Shown here: positions 18,144 to 28,679 of the stretch, piece by piece
Position numbering within the stretch: position 1 is the stretch's first letter
Layout of the letters: every line of letters starts with the position of its first letter
Source of the DNA: Alphaproteobacteria bacterium
GTDB lineage: Bacteria; Pseudomonadota; Alphaproteobacteria; UBA6615
Reading direction: 5' to 3'
DNA: 64,000 bases
NCBI GenBank assembly: GCA_021774445.1
Contig: JAJFJA010000059.1
Location: 155,830-219,829 of the forward strand
Position numbers and translations under genes: made by a program
The notes under the pieces: model-generated
What the model was told of the DNA's origin: nothing
What the model saw: only the letters and a program-made list of their open reading frames with translations
Databases searched by the model: none

Positions 18144-19693
18144 GCGTCGGCAGCGCCTGCCGGAGTCTCCAAACCCAGCCGTCCGTACATCTCTTGCGGG
18201 CATTCATGGTCCTGCAGCCGGGCGATAATACCCTTCCTCATCCGCGCTTCGATGGCCGGGTCGCGAAATGCCTTCTCCTGGTCCGGATCGGCGTGCAGGT
18301 CGAACAGCCGCGTACCCAGGTCCTGGAATACTTTGCCGTCGATATTCGGCACCCGGTCTGAACTCCGCAGCGCGTCGATCTGCAACACCGGCGCGCCCTT
18401 GGTGAAGCTGAAACCGTTCGACAGGCGCGCGGTCTCAAGCTCCGCCATGGACATGCGTGAGCGGATATGGGTCGGCATCAGGGTGTATTCATGCAACCCC
18501 GGGGCATAGAGGTCTTCCGGATAAAGATAGTATGTGTAGCGGCCGTCGGTGGCGCCTACCGGCCCGCCAAACATGCCGAAAATGCCGATGTCCCGCAGTT
18601 CGTAGCCCGGGTCTCGGAGACATTGCAGGACCGATGTTCCCCGGGCCTCGGGGGGCGGCGCGATGCCGAAAGCATCCAGAAGGGTCGGCATCAGATCGAA
18701 GGTCTGGGTTAGGGCGCTGACCCGGTCGCCGGCCTGCGCCGCAAACTCCGGATGATGAACGATCAGCGGGATATGCGCGATCTCCCGGTAGTAGGGCTGC
18801 AGATTCTTGCCCCACCATTCATGCTCCGCCAGCAGAAAGCCGTGGTCCGTCGACAGCACCAACGCCGTATCGTCCCACATGTCATGACGATCCATGAAAT
18901 CGAGGACTTTGCCGAAATAATGGTCGCACATCGCCACCAGGGCCGCGTAGTTCGCCCGAATCTCGGCGATCTCTTCCGGGCTATCGGTCGCTTTTTCATA
19001 ATGTGGCCAATTGAGCACCCCGCCGTTCCAGCCGGTATGGTAGGGCCGCTTGAAGCGTTCCGGCGCATCGAAGGGCTCATGCGGATCGAAACACTCGATC
19101 TGCAGGAACCAGTTATCCACGTCGTGGTTCGTTTCCAGGAACTCCAGCCCGGAAGCAAAACAACGCGGTCCCGGCAAATCCCCTTCTTCGGTCATGAAGG
19201 TCTTGTTGACCGCATGTTGCAGACGCCCGTGGTTGACCACGCCCTTTCCCGGATCGAAATCGTAATGTTTGGCAGCATAAATTTCTCGCAACCGCTTCAG
19301 CGGCGGCGCCACCATGGCTTTCCAGGCGTCGTTTTCCTGCCCGCGAATGAAGTCCCACGTCGAATATCGATTGTGATAGGTCGCCCCGCCATCTTCGAAA
19401 TAATGACTATGGTCGGTCACCAAATGGGCATAGATCCCGGCATTCTTGAGTGTCTCGGGAAAGGAGTTGTCGAACGGTTCCAGTGGCCCCCACGACCGGT
19501 GCATGAAGTTCAGCCGGCCCGTATGCAGGTCGCGGCGCGCCGGCATGCACGGCAAGCTGCCGACATAGTGGTTGTCGAAGGTCACCGCCCGCCGTGAGAA
19601 GCGGTCGAAATTTGGCGTGGCGATCGCTGTCCCGCCATAGGCACCTAGCGCCAGTCGGTTTAGCGAATCGAACAGAACGAAAATCATGCGCAT
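18128..19693 (-). CDS. formylglycine-dependent sulfatase (arylsulfatase family)
   Basis: sulfatase signature SLPCMPAR (C-x-P-x-R) plus GTAIATPNFDRF N-terminal metal-binding region. Confidence 0.8.
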   Translation of the reverse strand: MRMIFVLFDSLNRLALGAYGGTAIATPNFDRFSRRAVTFDNHYVGSLPCMPARRDLHTGRLNFMHRSWGPLEPFDNSFPETLKNAGIYAHLVTDHSHYFEDGGATYHNRYSTWDFIRGQENDAWKAMVAPPLKRLREIYAAKHYDFDPGKGVVNHGRLQHAVNKTFMTEEGDLPGPRCFASGLEFLETNHDVDNWFLQIECFDPHEPFDAPERFKRPYHTGWNGGVLNWPHYEKATDSPEEIAEIRANYAALVAMCDHYFGKVLDFMDRHDMWDDTALVLSTDHGFLLAEHEWWGKNLQPYYREIAHIPLIVHHPEFAAQAGDRVSALTQTFDLMPTLLDAFGIAPPPEARGTSVLQCLRDPGYELRDIGIFGMFGGPVGATDGRYTYYLYPEDLYAPGLHEYTLMPTHIRSRMSMAELETARLSNGFSFTKGAPVLQIDALRSSDRVPNIDGKVFQDLGTRLFDLHADPDQEKAFRDPAIEARMRKGIIARLQDHECPQEMYGRLGLETPAGAADAQPGL

Positions 19694-19904
19694 TGCCGCC
19701 TCCCGAAGACCATCCTTCGCCAGAGTGGCGCCATACCCGCCCGAAGTACAAGGCGGATGCGCACCCAGCCGAACGCCAGGACGCAGGGGATTGCGAAGAC
19801 GCAGCCGCGGATGGGGGCAAGAACCACCGCGTACACGCCCGATTTGACAGGTCCGCGCTAAGCCGGTTCTCTAGCGCCGACACTCCGTAACGGAAAGCCG
19901 CCAC

Positions 19905-21191
19905 ATGCGCGTCGACATTCTCTATGGCAAAGGCAAGTTACCGGTCGATTTCGGCGCTGACCTGGACGTAACGGTCATCGCCAAGCGCGCCATGCCGCTG
20001 TTGCCCGATCCAACCGCGGCGATTGCGCGGGCATTGACCAATCCGGTCGGCGTGCCACCCCTGGGCGAGCTCGCCCGCGGCGCCAAATCCGCCTGCATCT
20101 TGATCTGCGACATTACCCGTCCGGTACCCAATGGCCTGTTTCTTCAACCAATGATTCGCGCGCTGCTCGCCGCCGGCGTGCCAGCGGATCGCATCACCGT
20201 GCTCATCGCCACCGGATTGCACCGGCCCAATCTGGGCGAAGAGCTGGCGGAGCTCGTCGGGGACCCCTGGGTGACGCAAACCGTCTCTGTCGTCAATCAC
20301 TATGCGCGCAACGACTCCGATCACCTGCTTGTCGGGACCACGCCGCGCGGCACGGTCGTTCGTTTGGATCGCCGCTTCGTCGATGCCGACGTGAAGATCG
20401 CCACCGGCTTGGTCGAGCCCCACTTCATGGCCGGCTATTCCGGCGGCCGCAAGGTTATCGCCCCGGGTGTCGCCCATGCGGAGACCATCACCACCTTCCA
20501 CAGCGCCCGCTTCATGGAGGATCAGAACGCCGCCAATTGCGTGTTGGACGGCAATCCCTTGCACGAAGAACAGCTCGCCATCATCGAGATGCTCGGCGGC
20601 GCCTTGGCGCTCAACACCGTGATCGATGAGGATCGCCGCCTCGCCTTCGTCAATTTCGGCGAGATCGTCGCCAGTCATTTGGCGGCGGTGGCCTACACGC
20701 GCGAATACTCGGAGCGTCCCATCGACCGCCGTTTCGGCGCCATCGTCACCAGCGCCGCCGGCTATCCCTTGGACAAGACCTACTATCAGACCGTGAAGGG
20801 CATGGTCAGCCCGATGAATATCCTCGCCCCCGGCGGCGACTTGATCGTTGCCTCGGCGTGCTCGGAAGGCATGGGGTCGCCGGAGTTCGTCGATGCCCAA
20901 AGACGCCTGGTCGAGAACGGCCCCGACGCCTTCATGCGCGAGATCACCGCCAAAACCCATGCCTCGGTCGACGAGTGGCAGACCGAAATGCAGCTCAAGC
21001 CCATGCGCATCGGCAACATTCATCTCTATACCGACGGCCTCGATTCTGCGGCCTTGTCCTTAACCGGTGTCGCCCATACCGCGTCCATTGCCGCGGCCGT
21101 GCGCGCCAGCGTCGCCCGCACCGGCGACCGCACCGTCGCCGTTATCCCCGAGGGCCCCTACGTCGTCCCGGTCCACCGGCCTGGACCGTAA
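19905..21191 (+). CDS. larA: LarA-family nickel-pincer-dependent 2-hydroxyacid racemase/epimerase homologue
   Basis: LarA N-terminal domain (DUF2088)-like sequence of about 428 aa, co-clustered with larC, larE and larB. Confidence 0.75.
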   Translation: MRVDILYGKGKLPVDFGADLDVTVIAKRAMPLLPDPTAAIARALTNPVGVPPLGELARGAKSACILICDITRPVPNGLFLQPMIRALLAAGVPADRITVLIATGLHRPNLGEELAELVGDPWVTQTVSVVNHYARNDSDHLLVGTTPRGTVVRLDRRFVDADVKIATGLVEPHFMAGYSGGRKVIAPGVAHAETITTFHSARFMEDQNAANCVLDGNPLHEEQLAIIEMLGGALALNTVIDEDRRLAFVNFGEIVASHLAAVAYTREYSERPIDRRFGAIVTSAAGYPLDKTYYQTVKGMVSPMNILAPGGDLIVASACSEGMGSPEFVDAQRRLVENGPDAFMREITAKTHASVDEWQTEMQLKPMRIGNIHLYTDGLDSAALSLTGVAHTASIAAAVRASVARTGDRTVAVIPEGPYVVPVHRPGP

Positions 21192-21202
21192 CGGCAGACG
21201 CC

Positions 21203-22411
21203 ATGCCGCGCCCGGTCGATCACCTGCATTTGGACCCCCTCGGCGGCATCGCCGGGGACATGTTCATCGCCGCCGTCCTGGATGCTTTTCCGGAATACGG
21301 CGACGGTGTCGAGACCGCGATGCGCGCCGCCGGGCTACCCGCGGACTGGCAGTTCTCCTGTATCGGACACACGGACGGACAACTCACCGGCCGTCGCATC
21401 GACATCGCCCACGACGGTATCGGTCCGGCCCAGCCGTCCGGTAATTACGCCGCCATCGTCGAAATGTTGGCGGCCACCGGCCTCGACCAAACCGTGCGCC
21501 GGCGCGCCCTGCATATCCTGGAACTATTGGCGCAAGCGGAAGCCGCCGTTCACGGCGTTCCGCTGGCCAACGTTCATTTCCATGAGATCGCCGACTGGGA
21601 CTCCATTTGTGATGTTGTCGGCGCGGCTTGGTTGATCGAGGCGTTAGGCGCGCCGACCTGGTCTATCGACCCCTTGCCTCGCGGCGGCGGCACGATCAGC
21701 ACCGCCCATGGCGTGCTGCCCGCCCCGGCCCCGGCGACGGTCAAGCTGCTCACCGGGTTCGCCATCCGCGATGACGGCATCATGGGCGAACGCGTCACGC
21801 CGACCGGCGCCGCCATCGTGCGAGCGCTGGCCCCCGGTCCCAACTTGCCGGACGGCCCACTGACCCTAACCGCCGAAGGCACAGGCTTCGGCCATCGCAT
21901 CTTGCCGACACCGGACGGCAGGCCGATGAGCAACATCTTGCGGCTCACCGCGTTCACGCGCCCGCCCTCGGACGTCGGGCCTCGGTCCGCTGGCCGGGTC
22001 GGGGTGATAACCTTCGAGATTGACGACCAATCGCCGGAGGATCTTGCCCTGGGTCTCGATCACCTGCGCGCCCGCCGCGACGTCCTCGACGTCTGCCAAT
22101 TCGCCGGCGTCGGCAAGAAAGGCCGCATGGTCATTCAGATCCAAGTGATCTGCGCCGACCATGCAGTGAATCCCATAACCGAAGCCTGCCTGGCACAGAC
22201 CGCCACCCTGGGCGTGCGCTGGCGCCTCGAGGATCGTCGGACGTTGCCGCGCGAAACCCTTGATCGGGCCGGTCTGCGGGTCAAGCGCGCCCACCGCCCT
22301 GGTGGCGACCTGACCGACAAGGCGGAAGCCGATGACCTGGCACGGAAAACGGCGGACTACGCCGGCCGCCGCCGAGCCCGGCGAGCCGCGGAGGGTGATG
22401 ATGACGGCTGA
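21203..22411 (+). CDS. larC: nickel insertion protein LarC (DUF111)
   Basis: start MPRPVDHLHLDPLGGIAGDMF typical of LarC; ATG at 21203 inside ORF 20858..22411. Confidence 0.75.
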   Translation: MPRPVDHLHLDPLGGIAGDMFIAAVLDAFPEYGDGVETAMRAAGLPADWQFSCIGHTDGQLTGRRIDIAHDGIGPAQPSGNYAAIVEMLAATGLDQTVRRRALHILELLAQAEAAVHGVPLANVHFHEIADWDSICDVVGAAWLIEALGAPTWSIDPLPRGGGTISTAHGVLPAPAPATVKLLTGFAIRDDGIMGERVTPTGAAIVRALAPGPNLPDGPLTLTAEGTGFGHRILPTPDGRPMSNILRLTAFTRPPSDVGPRSAGRVGVITFEIDDQSPEDLALGLDHLRARRDVLDVCQFAGVGKKGRMVIQIQVICADHAVNPITEACLAQTATLGVRWRLEDRRTLPRETLDRAGLRVKRAHRPGGDLTDKAEADDLARKTADYAGRRRARRAAEGDDDG

Positions 22412-23198
22412 CTTGGTGACCAGACTGCTCGCCGTCCTCGACGCGGCCGGTCCCCTCGCCATCGCCGTCAGCGGCGGCGTCGACAGCATGACCCTCGGCG
22501 TCCTCGCCGGCCGCCGCGCCGGCACGGCACCGCTGATCGTCCATGCCGTCTCACCGGCGGTCCCGCCCGAGGCGACGGCAAGAGTACGCCGCCACGCAGC
22601 TCTCGAGCATTGGGAACTGTGTGTCGGCGACGCCGGCGAGTTCGCCGATCCCACCTACCGCGCCAACCCGGTGGATCGGTGCTTTTACTGCAAGACCAGC
22701 CTCTATGGCTTCATCGCCGGCCTCACCGACCGCAGGATCGCATCTGGCACCAACTTGGACGATCTCGGCGACTACCGGCCGGGACTCCGCGCCGCCGACG
22801 ACCACGATGTCCTCCACCCCTATGTCGAAGCGGGTATGACCAAGGCGATGGTCCGTGCTTTGGCCCGCGCGTTGGCATTGACCGACATCGCCGAGCTGCC
22901 GGCCGCACCCTGCCTGGCCAGCCGCATCGCCACCGGCCTAGCGGTCACCGAACCTCGGTTGACCTTCGTGCATCTGATCGAACGGGAAGTGCAGCAAGCG
23001 CTTTCGCCGGCGGTCGTCCGCTGCCGGATCTTCCCCTCCGGCGTCGTCGTCCAACTCGACCCGGCAGCTCTTGCGCGCGTCTCGGACAGCTTAGGCGCGT
23101 CGCTGACCAAGCTTTGCAGCGCCCACGGTTACCGGCAGGCGCTGCGTTTCCTGCCCTACCGCCAGGGCAGCGCCTTTCTCCATCGAGGCACCCCATGA
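22398..23198 (+). CDS. larE: ATP-dependent sacrificial sulfur transferase LarE (PP-loop ATP pyrophosphatase)
   Basis: PP-loop SGGVDS, conserved Cys region CFYCKT; start overlaps larC end. Confidence 0.75.
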   Translation: MMTADLVTRLLAVLDAAGPLAIAVSGGVDSMTLGVLAGRRAGTAPLIVHAVSPAVPPEATARVRRHAALEHWELCVGDAGEFADPTYRANPVDRCFYCKTSLYGFIAGLTDRRIASGTNLDDLGDYRPGLRAADDHDVLHPYVEAGMTKAMVRALARALALTDIAELPAAPCLASRIATGLAVTEPRLTFVHLIEREVQQALSPAVVRCRIFPSGVVVQLDPAALARVSDSLGASLTKLCSAHGYRQALRFLPYRQGSAFLHRGTP

Positions 23199-23866
23199 CC
23201 GGCGACATCAGATTGGACCACGACCGCGCCACCCGCACCGGTATCGCCGAGGCCGTCTATTGTGACGGCAAGTCACTGGACCAAATCGTCCGGGCGCTGA
23301 CCGACACCAGGGGGCCGATGCTGCTGACCAGGCTCGCCGAGGCGCAATCCGAAGCCGTCGAACGCCAACTTGATGTGGCGCTCGACTACGACCCGATCTC
23401 CCGCACGGCGTTTTATCGCTTTCAACCCCAGCCCGCGAGCGCCGCGCGAATCGCCATCGTATCCGCCGGCGCCTCGGATCTTCCGGTCGCGCGGGAAGCC
23501 GCGCGCACCCTAGGTTTTCATCACCGGGCGGCCCATGAAATCGGCGATGTCGGGGTCGCCGGCCTTCATCGACTGCTCGACCAGTTGGACGTCATCGCGG
23601 CGCACCCCATTGTCATCGCCGTCGCCGGCATGGAGGGCGCGCTCTTCTCCGTCCTCGCCGGCCTGATCTCGTCCCAGATCATCGCCGCGCCGACCTCGGT
23701 CGGACACGGCGTCGCGGCCAACGGCGAGATCGCGCTCCGCTCGGCCCTCGCGTCCTGCGCCCCCGGCGTCACCGTGGTCAATATCGACAGCGGCTACCAA
23801 GCCGCCTGCGCCGCCATCCGCACCTTGCATGCGGCCGACAGATTAGCCGCGACGGCGCGGGATTGA
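23195..23866 (+). CDS. larB: nickel pincer cofactor biosynthesis protein LarB (PurE-like carboxylase/hydrolase)
   Basis: PurE-like fold sequence (IAIVSAGASDLPVAREAARTL...IAVAGMEGAL); ATGA overlap with larE. Confidence 0.75.
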   Translation: MTGDIRLDHDRATRTGIAEAVYCDGKSLDQIVRALTDTRGPMLLTRLAEAQSEAVERQLDVALDYDPISRTAFYRFQPQPASAARIAIVSAGASDLPVAREAARTLGFHHRAAHEIGDVGVAGLHRLLDQLDVIAAHPIVIAVAGMEGALFSVLAGLISSQIIAAPTSVGHGVAANGEIALRSALASCAPGVTVVNIDSGYQAACAAIRTLHAADRLAATARD

Positions 23867-23983
23867 GCGTCGGTCACCTTGGCCGCGCGTTTTGCAACGC
23901 GGCCGCCCGTGAACTTGGCGTGATTGTCAAAGTGCCGCCGGCGCGGTCCACGTACCATGACTGGATCAGATCGGGAGACGGTC

Positions 23984-24466
23984 ATGGAAATATTGCTCAA
24001 CGGCCGCGCCACGGCTGTTCCGAACCGACTTCGGGACACGGTGCTGCTGGATTTCATTCGTGATTTTGTCGGCCTAACGGGCACCAAGTTTGGCTGCGGC
24101 ATTGGGCTCTGCGGGGCTTGCACGGTGCACATCGACGGTACCGCGGTGCGTTCTTGCCAGGTCTTCGTCTCCGAGACAGTCGGCCGACAGGTGACGACAA
24201 TCGAAGGCCTGGCTGGAACCGCGGCTTCCGGGGCGCTCCACCCTGTCCAACAGGCTTGGATCGAGGAATCCGTACCGCAATGCGGCTACTGCCAGGCGGG
24301 GCAGATTATGGCCGCGGCCGCCCTTCTGCGGGATAATCCCACCCCCTCCGACGCCGAAATCCGGGCGGAAATGAGCGGCAACATCTGCCGCTGTGGAACC
24401 TATACGAGAATCCGCCGGGCCATCGCCCGGGTCGCGCGGGAGGGTCAAGATGCCGACCGCGGCTGA
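23984..24466 (+). CDS. (2Fe-2S)-binding small subunit of molybdopterin aldehyde oxidoreductase (IorA-like)
   Basis: [22 protein letters not shown] and CRCGTY cysteine motifs. Confidence 0.8.
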   Translation: MEILLNGRATAVPNRLRDTVLLDFIRDFVGLTGTKFGCGIGLCGACTVHIDGTAVRSCQVFVSETVGRQVTTIEGLAGTAASGALHPVQQAWIEESVPQCGYCQAGQIMAAAALLRDNPTPSDAEIRAEMSGNICRCGTYTRIRRAIARVAREGQDADRG

Positions 24467-26687
24467 GCCCACGGGCATGAGCCGCCGCCGCTTCTTGGTC
24501 AACAGCGGCTGGTTGGCGGCGGGGGTCACGGTGCTGACATCGTGCAGCGCGGTGCGCGGTGTCCTGCCGGCCCTGCCGACATTCGACAGCCCCGAGGCCG
24601 ACGACGCGCTGGCTTGGGTTCAGGCCCTGCCGGGCGGCCGCATCCGCTTTCTCTGTCCGCGGATGGAGATGGGGCAGGGCGCGCCGCTCGGGCTGAGCCA
24701 GGTCGTGGCCGAGGAGCTGAACGTGGAGCAGGCGGAGATCGAATGCGTGCCGCCTGATACCGACCAGACGCCGCCCTTCAAAATGACCGTCGGCAGTGAA
24801 AGCATTGCCGACTTCTTCACCCCGGTTTCCTACGGGGCCGCGCGGCTGCGCGAAGCGTTGCGCACCCTAGCGGCAGCGCAGACGGGCCTGCCCGAAGCCC
24901 AGATTCGGGACGGCCGGGGCGGCTTTGTACTGCCGGATGGGGCAACCCTTCAATACGGCGCCCTGGTACCATCTGAGCCGCTGATCATCACTGGCGCGGA
25001 CGCACCGAAGCCTGATCGAACGCCACAATATGCCCTCGACCGCAGCCGCAAATACCAAGCTATCGGGCGTGGTTGGAGGCATCACGACCTCGACGCGATC
25101 GTCAACGGCAAAATGGTCTACAGCCGCGACGTGTCGCTCCCCGGCATGCTGTTCGGGCAAGCGATTCGAGCGCCCGCCTTTGGCGCCCGGTTGCGCGGCG
25201 CCGATACGCGCACCGCCGAGACCATGGCGGGGGTTACCGCCGTAATCGTCGACAGGGAAAACAATTTCGTCGGCGTCGTCGCAGACAATCCATTCACGCT
25301 GCCCGCTGCAGTGCAGGCCATCGAGCCGCAATGGGATATACCGGAGAACCTGGACCAGGATCGGATCGAGGCGACCCTTGACGTGCAGAAACATCGCCCT
25401 CGCGACGATTTTGAACACACGCTGACCGCCGCCGGCGATCTCGCTGCCGGTCGCGCGCGCGCCGTGCACCGAATAGCGTCCCGCTACGACACTTCCTTTG
25501 CGGCACACGCGCAGATGGAGCCGCGAGCCGGCGTCGCATCGGTGCGACCGGAGAAGGTGGAGGTCTGGTGCGGCAGTCAGGATCCCTTCTTTGTCCAGCG
25601 GCGGGTGGCCCGGGCGATTGGCCGCGACGCCGCGGATGTGGTCGTGCATAGCCATCGCATGGGCGGCGGGTTCGGCGGCCGGATCCAGTGCCAAGCATCA
25701 GAGGAGGCGGCCATTCTATCGGCCGCGACCGGCCGGCCGGTCAGGGTGCAATGGGACCGGGAGGCGGAGTTCCAAAACAACTATCTCCAGCCGGTCTTCT
25801 CCCATTTCATCGCCGCCGGCGTTACCGCCGAGGGCAAGATCAGCGACTGGCAGCACGATTTCGCCTCGATGCCGATCATGACCGGCATGATGACCGGCGT
25901 GGTGCCAAGGCCGGTAACCTGGATGGCGGACCAGGTGATGACCGACGAAGGCACGGCACGCGGCGCCTTGTCGCCTTACCGACTGCCTGACCATCGCGTT
26001 CGCTTCTCAGACATTCGGACCGCGGTACCCATCGGGGCCTGGCGCGGTTTAGGGGCGGCGCCGAACAACTTCGCCATTGAGAGCGCGATCGACGAACTCG
26101 CGTCCGCGGCCGGCATCGATCCGCTGGAATTCAGGCTGCGGAACCTGCCCCCGAGCGGCGACCGGGTCGCCGGCGTGCTGCGCCGAGCCGCGGAGATCGC
26201 CGATTGGGGCCAACCGTCGCCGCCGGATACCGGTCGCGGCATAGCATGCGCCGTCTACAAGGGACAATCGCCGGTGGCGATTGTCGCGGAAGTTCAGGTC
26301 GATCACCAGGCGCGCGAACTGCGGACCGCCAAGATATGGTGCGCCCACGATTGCGGGCTGGTGCTCAATCCCGACCAGGTCGAGAACCAAGCTATGGGAA
26401 ACATCGCCTGGGGCTGTAGCACCGCGCTCAAGGAGCGGGTCACAGTGGCAGCCGGCGCCGTCCAGGAGACCAACTTCCACAGTTATGACGTGTTGCGCCA
26501 CCGCGACGCGCCGGAAATGACGGTGGCACTGGTCGAGCCACCCGATACGCCGCCCGTCGCGGTTGGTGAGTCGGCCTTCGGACCTGTTGCCCCGGCGATC
26601 GCCAACGCGGTGTTTGCCGCCACCGGGCGCCGGATTCGACGTTTGCCGATGAGTTACGACGCTGTTTTTTCGGCCCACCGGGGCTAG
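24447..26687 (+). CDS. molybdopterin-binding large subunit of xanthine dehydrogenase family aldehyde oxidoreductase (IorB-like)
   Basis: Tat-like signal SRRRFLV, about 745-aa MoCo subunit architecture; overlaps small-subunit stop. Confidence 0.8.
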   Translation, partial: KMPTAAEPTGMSRRRFLVNSGWLAAGVTVLTSCSAVRGVLPALPTFDSPEADDALAWVQALPGGRIRFLCPRMEMGQGAPLGLSQVVAEELNVEQAEIECVPPDTDQTPPFKMTVGSESIADFFTPVSYGAARLREALRTLAAAQTGLPEAQIRDGRGGFVLPDGATLQYGALVPSEPLIITGADAPKPDRTPQYALDRSRKYQAIGRGWRHHDLDAIVNGKMVYSRDVSLPGMLFGQAIRAPAFGARLRGADTRTAETMAGVTAVIVDRENNFVGVVADNPFTLPAAVQAIEPQWDIPENLDQDRIEATLDVQKHRPRDDFEHTLTAAGDLAAGRARAVHRIASRYDTSFAAHAQMEPRAGVASVRPEKVEVWCGSQDPFFVQRRVARAIGRDAADVVVHSHRMGGGFGGRIQCQASEEAAILSAATGRPVRVQWDREAEFQNNYLQPVFSHFIAAGVTAEGKISDWQHDFASMPIMTGMMTGVVPRPVTWMADQVMTDEGTARGALSPYRLPDHRVRFSDIRTAVPIGAWRGLGAAPNNFAIESAIDELASAAGIDPLEFRLRNLPPSGDRVAGVLRRAAEIADWGQPSPPDTGRGIACAVYKGQSPVAIVAEVQVDHQARELRTAKIWCAHDCGLVLNPDQVENQAMGNIAWGCSTALKERVTVAAGAVQETNFHSYDVLRHRDAPEMTVALVEPPDTPPVAVGESAFGPVAPAIANAVFAATGRRIRRLPMSYDAVFSAHRG

Positions 26688-26768
26688 TGTGGCGCTCGCC
26701 GCCAACAGTATCGCGGAGACCAGGCCGTTTGCGGAGTTTGCCCTATTCGCGATTTTGCCAAATCCAGC

Positions 26769-27746
26769 TTGGTTAGCCTCGTCGTTCACCAACTCAGGCG
26801 CACGAACCCCGAACTCGTGCCGGGGGACGCAGGCACCCTCGACACCGTTCGGCATGCCAACATTCCGGCGGAACGCAAGCGAGGCCTGCTCGAGATTGTC
26901 TGGCGCCAAGCCGGTCCGCAAACCCTGTTGTCGATCGGTCAGGGTATTTCCGACTTTGACTACGATCCGATCTGGCACGCGGCCATCCGCTCGGCGAGCC
27001 CGGCCCTCTTCTTCGACAAGTGGCGGCGGTTCGAGGTGTTCGCCCATTCGCGAAATCGATTGCGGATCCACCTGGCGCACGAGAAAAGCGCTTTGTTCCA
27101 ACGCTACACGGTGGATGGCGGGACGCCGACGCCACCGGAGAACCTCCTGATATGCGGCCTGATTATCGCTTTGTTGGAACGGATCGGCTGCATCGGCCTT
27201 CGCTGCGATATGCGCCTCGATCGCGGCGCGGTTTATCGTGTCCTCGAGAACGGCCGGTTTCGCCTTCCCGCTGACGCGGGCTCCCTGGTGACGACCGCCT
27301 GGACCCTGGACTGGCAGAGTTTCTCTCCGCGGGCCGAGAGCATGGCGGCGGTTGAACCGCCGGCTATCCCGCTGCCAACGCCATGCGACCCGAGCGTCGA
27401 GGCGACCATTGGCGCCGTCGTTCGGCTATTGATGGTCGATGTCGCACGCCAATGGAGAATCAGCGAACTAGCGCGCGATGCGGGCTTGTCGACGCGCTCT
27501 CTCCAGCGCCGGCTGGGCGGCGCCAAGCTCAGTTTCTCGCAACTGGTCCGCCTGGTGCGTATCCAAGAGGCGTGCCGTCTTCTCAGGGCCAGTGACGTGC
27601 CGATAACAGCCGTTGGTTTCTGCGCCGGGTTCTCTGACAGCGCGCACTTCAGCCGCGATTTCCGCGCCAGCACCGGGCTGACCCCATCCGCTTTTCGCGA
27701 ACTCAGCGTGCCACCTCCCGGCGCCGCGCCCCAACCCGCGTGTTGA
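26769..27746 (+). CDS. AraC family transcriptional regulator
   Basis: C-terminal AraC HTH (SELARDAGLSTRSLQRRL...FSDSAHFSRDFRASTGLTPSAFRE); start uncertain. Confidence 0.7.
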   Translation: MVSLVVHQLRRTNPELVPGDAGTLDTVRHANIPAERKRGLLEIVWRQAGPQTLLSIGQGISDFDYDPIWHAAIRSASPALFFDKWRRFEVFAHSRNRLRIHLAHEKSALFQRYTVDGGTPTPPENLLICGLIIALLERIGCIGLRCDMRLDRGAVYRVLENGRFRLPADAGSLVTTAWTLDWQSFSPRAESMAAVEPPAIPLPTPCDPSVEATIGAVVRLLMVDVARQWRISELARDAGLSTRSLQRRLGGAKLSFSQLVRLVRIQEACRLLRASDVPITAVGFCAGFSDSAHFSRDFRASTGLTPSAFRELSVPPPGAAPQPAC

Positions 27747-28046
27747 GCCCCGCGCCGCCATCCGCAACCTGAACGCCGCACACAGCATCGCCGCCGCGCG
27801 CCAATAGGGGCGCGCGTTCAACGGTCGTTGGCAGAGGAAGGCGGTCGGGCGGATCGCCTAGGCGGCGAGATCCGTCGGGAACGGGCCGTCAAGAGGATGC
27901 AGCGGCAAGCGTTCTTCGGTCATGAGTTTCGGCCTAAGCCTGTTGGTGTGGGTCCGCTTGAGTTAATGCGGATAGCCCCAAGTCCGATTGTCTATTTTGC
28001 ACCGCTGCCCTGCGCCCACTGCATGGGTCCGCCGGTATCGAGACGG

Positions 28047-28679
28047 CTACGACCGTGTGCGGTAAATCACCCAGCCGCCGGTTGCGCCGCCGGAGGACGG
28101 CGCGCTGTAGGCGCGCGGCGCCGCCCCGACGTTCCACGAATAAGGCACCGGTGCCCCTTCATACCGGAACGGTTGGCCTGCACTGAACGAAGTGACGTGG
28201 ACATTGGCATCCCACGGATCGCACACCGTCGCGTAGTTATACGACAGGAGTGTCCGCACCGAGTCGATGACCACGAAATGACCACCGGAATTATCCCAGT
28301 TTATCAGTACGATGATCGGGTCTACCGATATCGTCGCCCCGGTCAGCGCCGACCGCGTGCCGACGACATCCAGGATTTTCTGCGCGACGTCGTTGGTACC
28401 GAGCTGTTCCTGCCGCCACTGTCCGCAATTGAGTCGATTGAGCACCGACGCCAGGTGGTTGGTGAACGTATAGGCCGAGCCGTTATAGGCCGAGCCCGAT
28501 ACCTCGCCATAAACCCGATAGATTTCCTGCTCCGTGTGCAGCGCTGATCGCCCGGGCGCCAACTTGTTGATCTTGAAGACGGACATCATAACGCAGGCGA
28601 TCCCGCACGAGTTCTCCGCCTCTTGACCGTAAACAAGATGAACATCGCGAAAACGCGTATATCTGGTGAACCAAGCCAT
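28047..28679 (-). CDS. stand-alone papain-fold cysteine peptidase, C39-like
   Basis: C39-type catalytic motif QEAENSCGIACVMM and downstream GGHFVVI (putative catalytic His); no transporter partner; lower GC by eye. Confidence 0.5.
   Translation of the reverse strand: MAWFTRYTRFRDVHLVYGQEAENSCGIACVMMSVFKINKLAPGRSALHTEQEIYRVYGEVSGSAYNGSAYTFTNHLASVLNRLNCGQWRQEQLGTNDVAQKILDVVGTRSALTGATISVDPIIVLINWDNSGGHFVVIDSVRTLLSYNYATVCDPWDANVHVTSFSAGQPFRYEGAPVPYSWNVGAAPRAYSAPSSGGATGGWVIYRTRS

Noticed and set aside
19938-21023. 361-aa minus-strand ORF
   Set aside because: Antisense shadow of larA. Composition (Gly/Ala/Asp/Arg-rich) is typical of a reverse frame in a high-GC gene.
20858-21202. N-terminal extension of the larC ORF
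   Set aside because: Overlaps the larA 3' end in another frame with Arg/Pro-rich sequence. The conserved LarC start MPRPVDHLHLDP begins at 21203.
26049-27101. 350-aa minus-strand ORF
   Set aside because: Antisense to the Mo-subunit 3' end and the AraC gene; shadow ORF.
27828-28547. 239-aa plus-strand ORF
   Set aside because: Antisense to the C39-like peptidase gene, which has recognisable catalytic motifs; Arg/Pro-rich.
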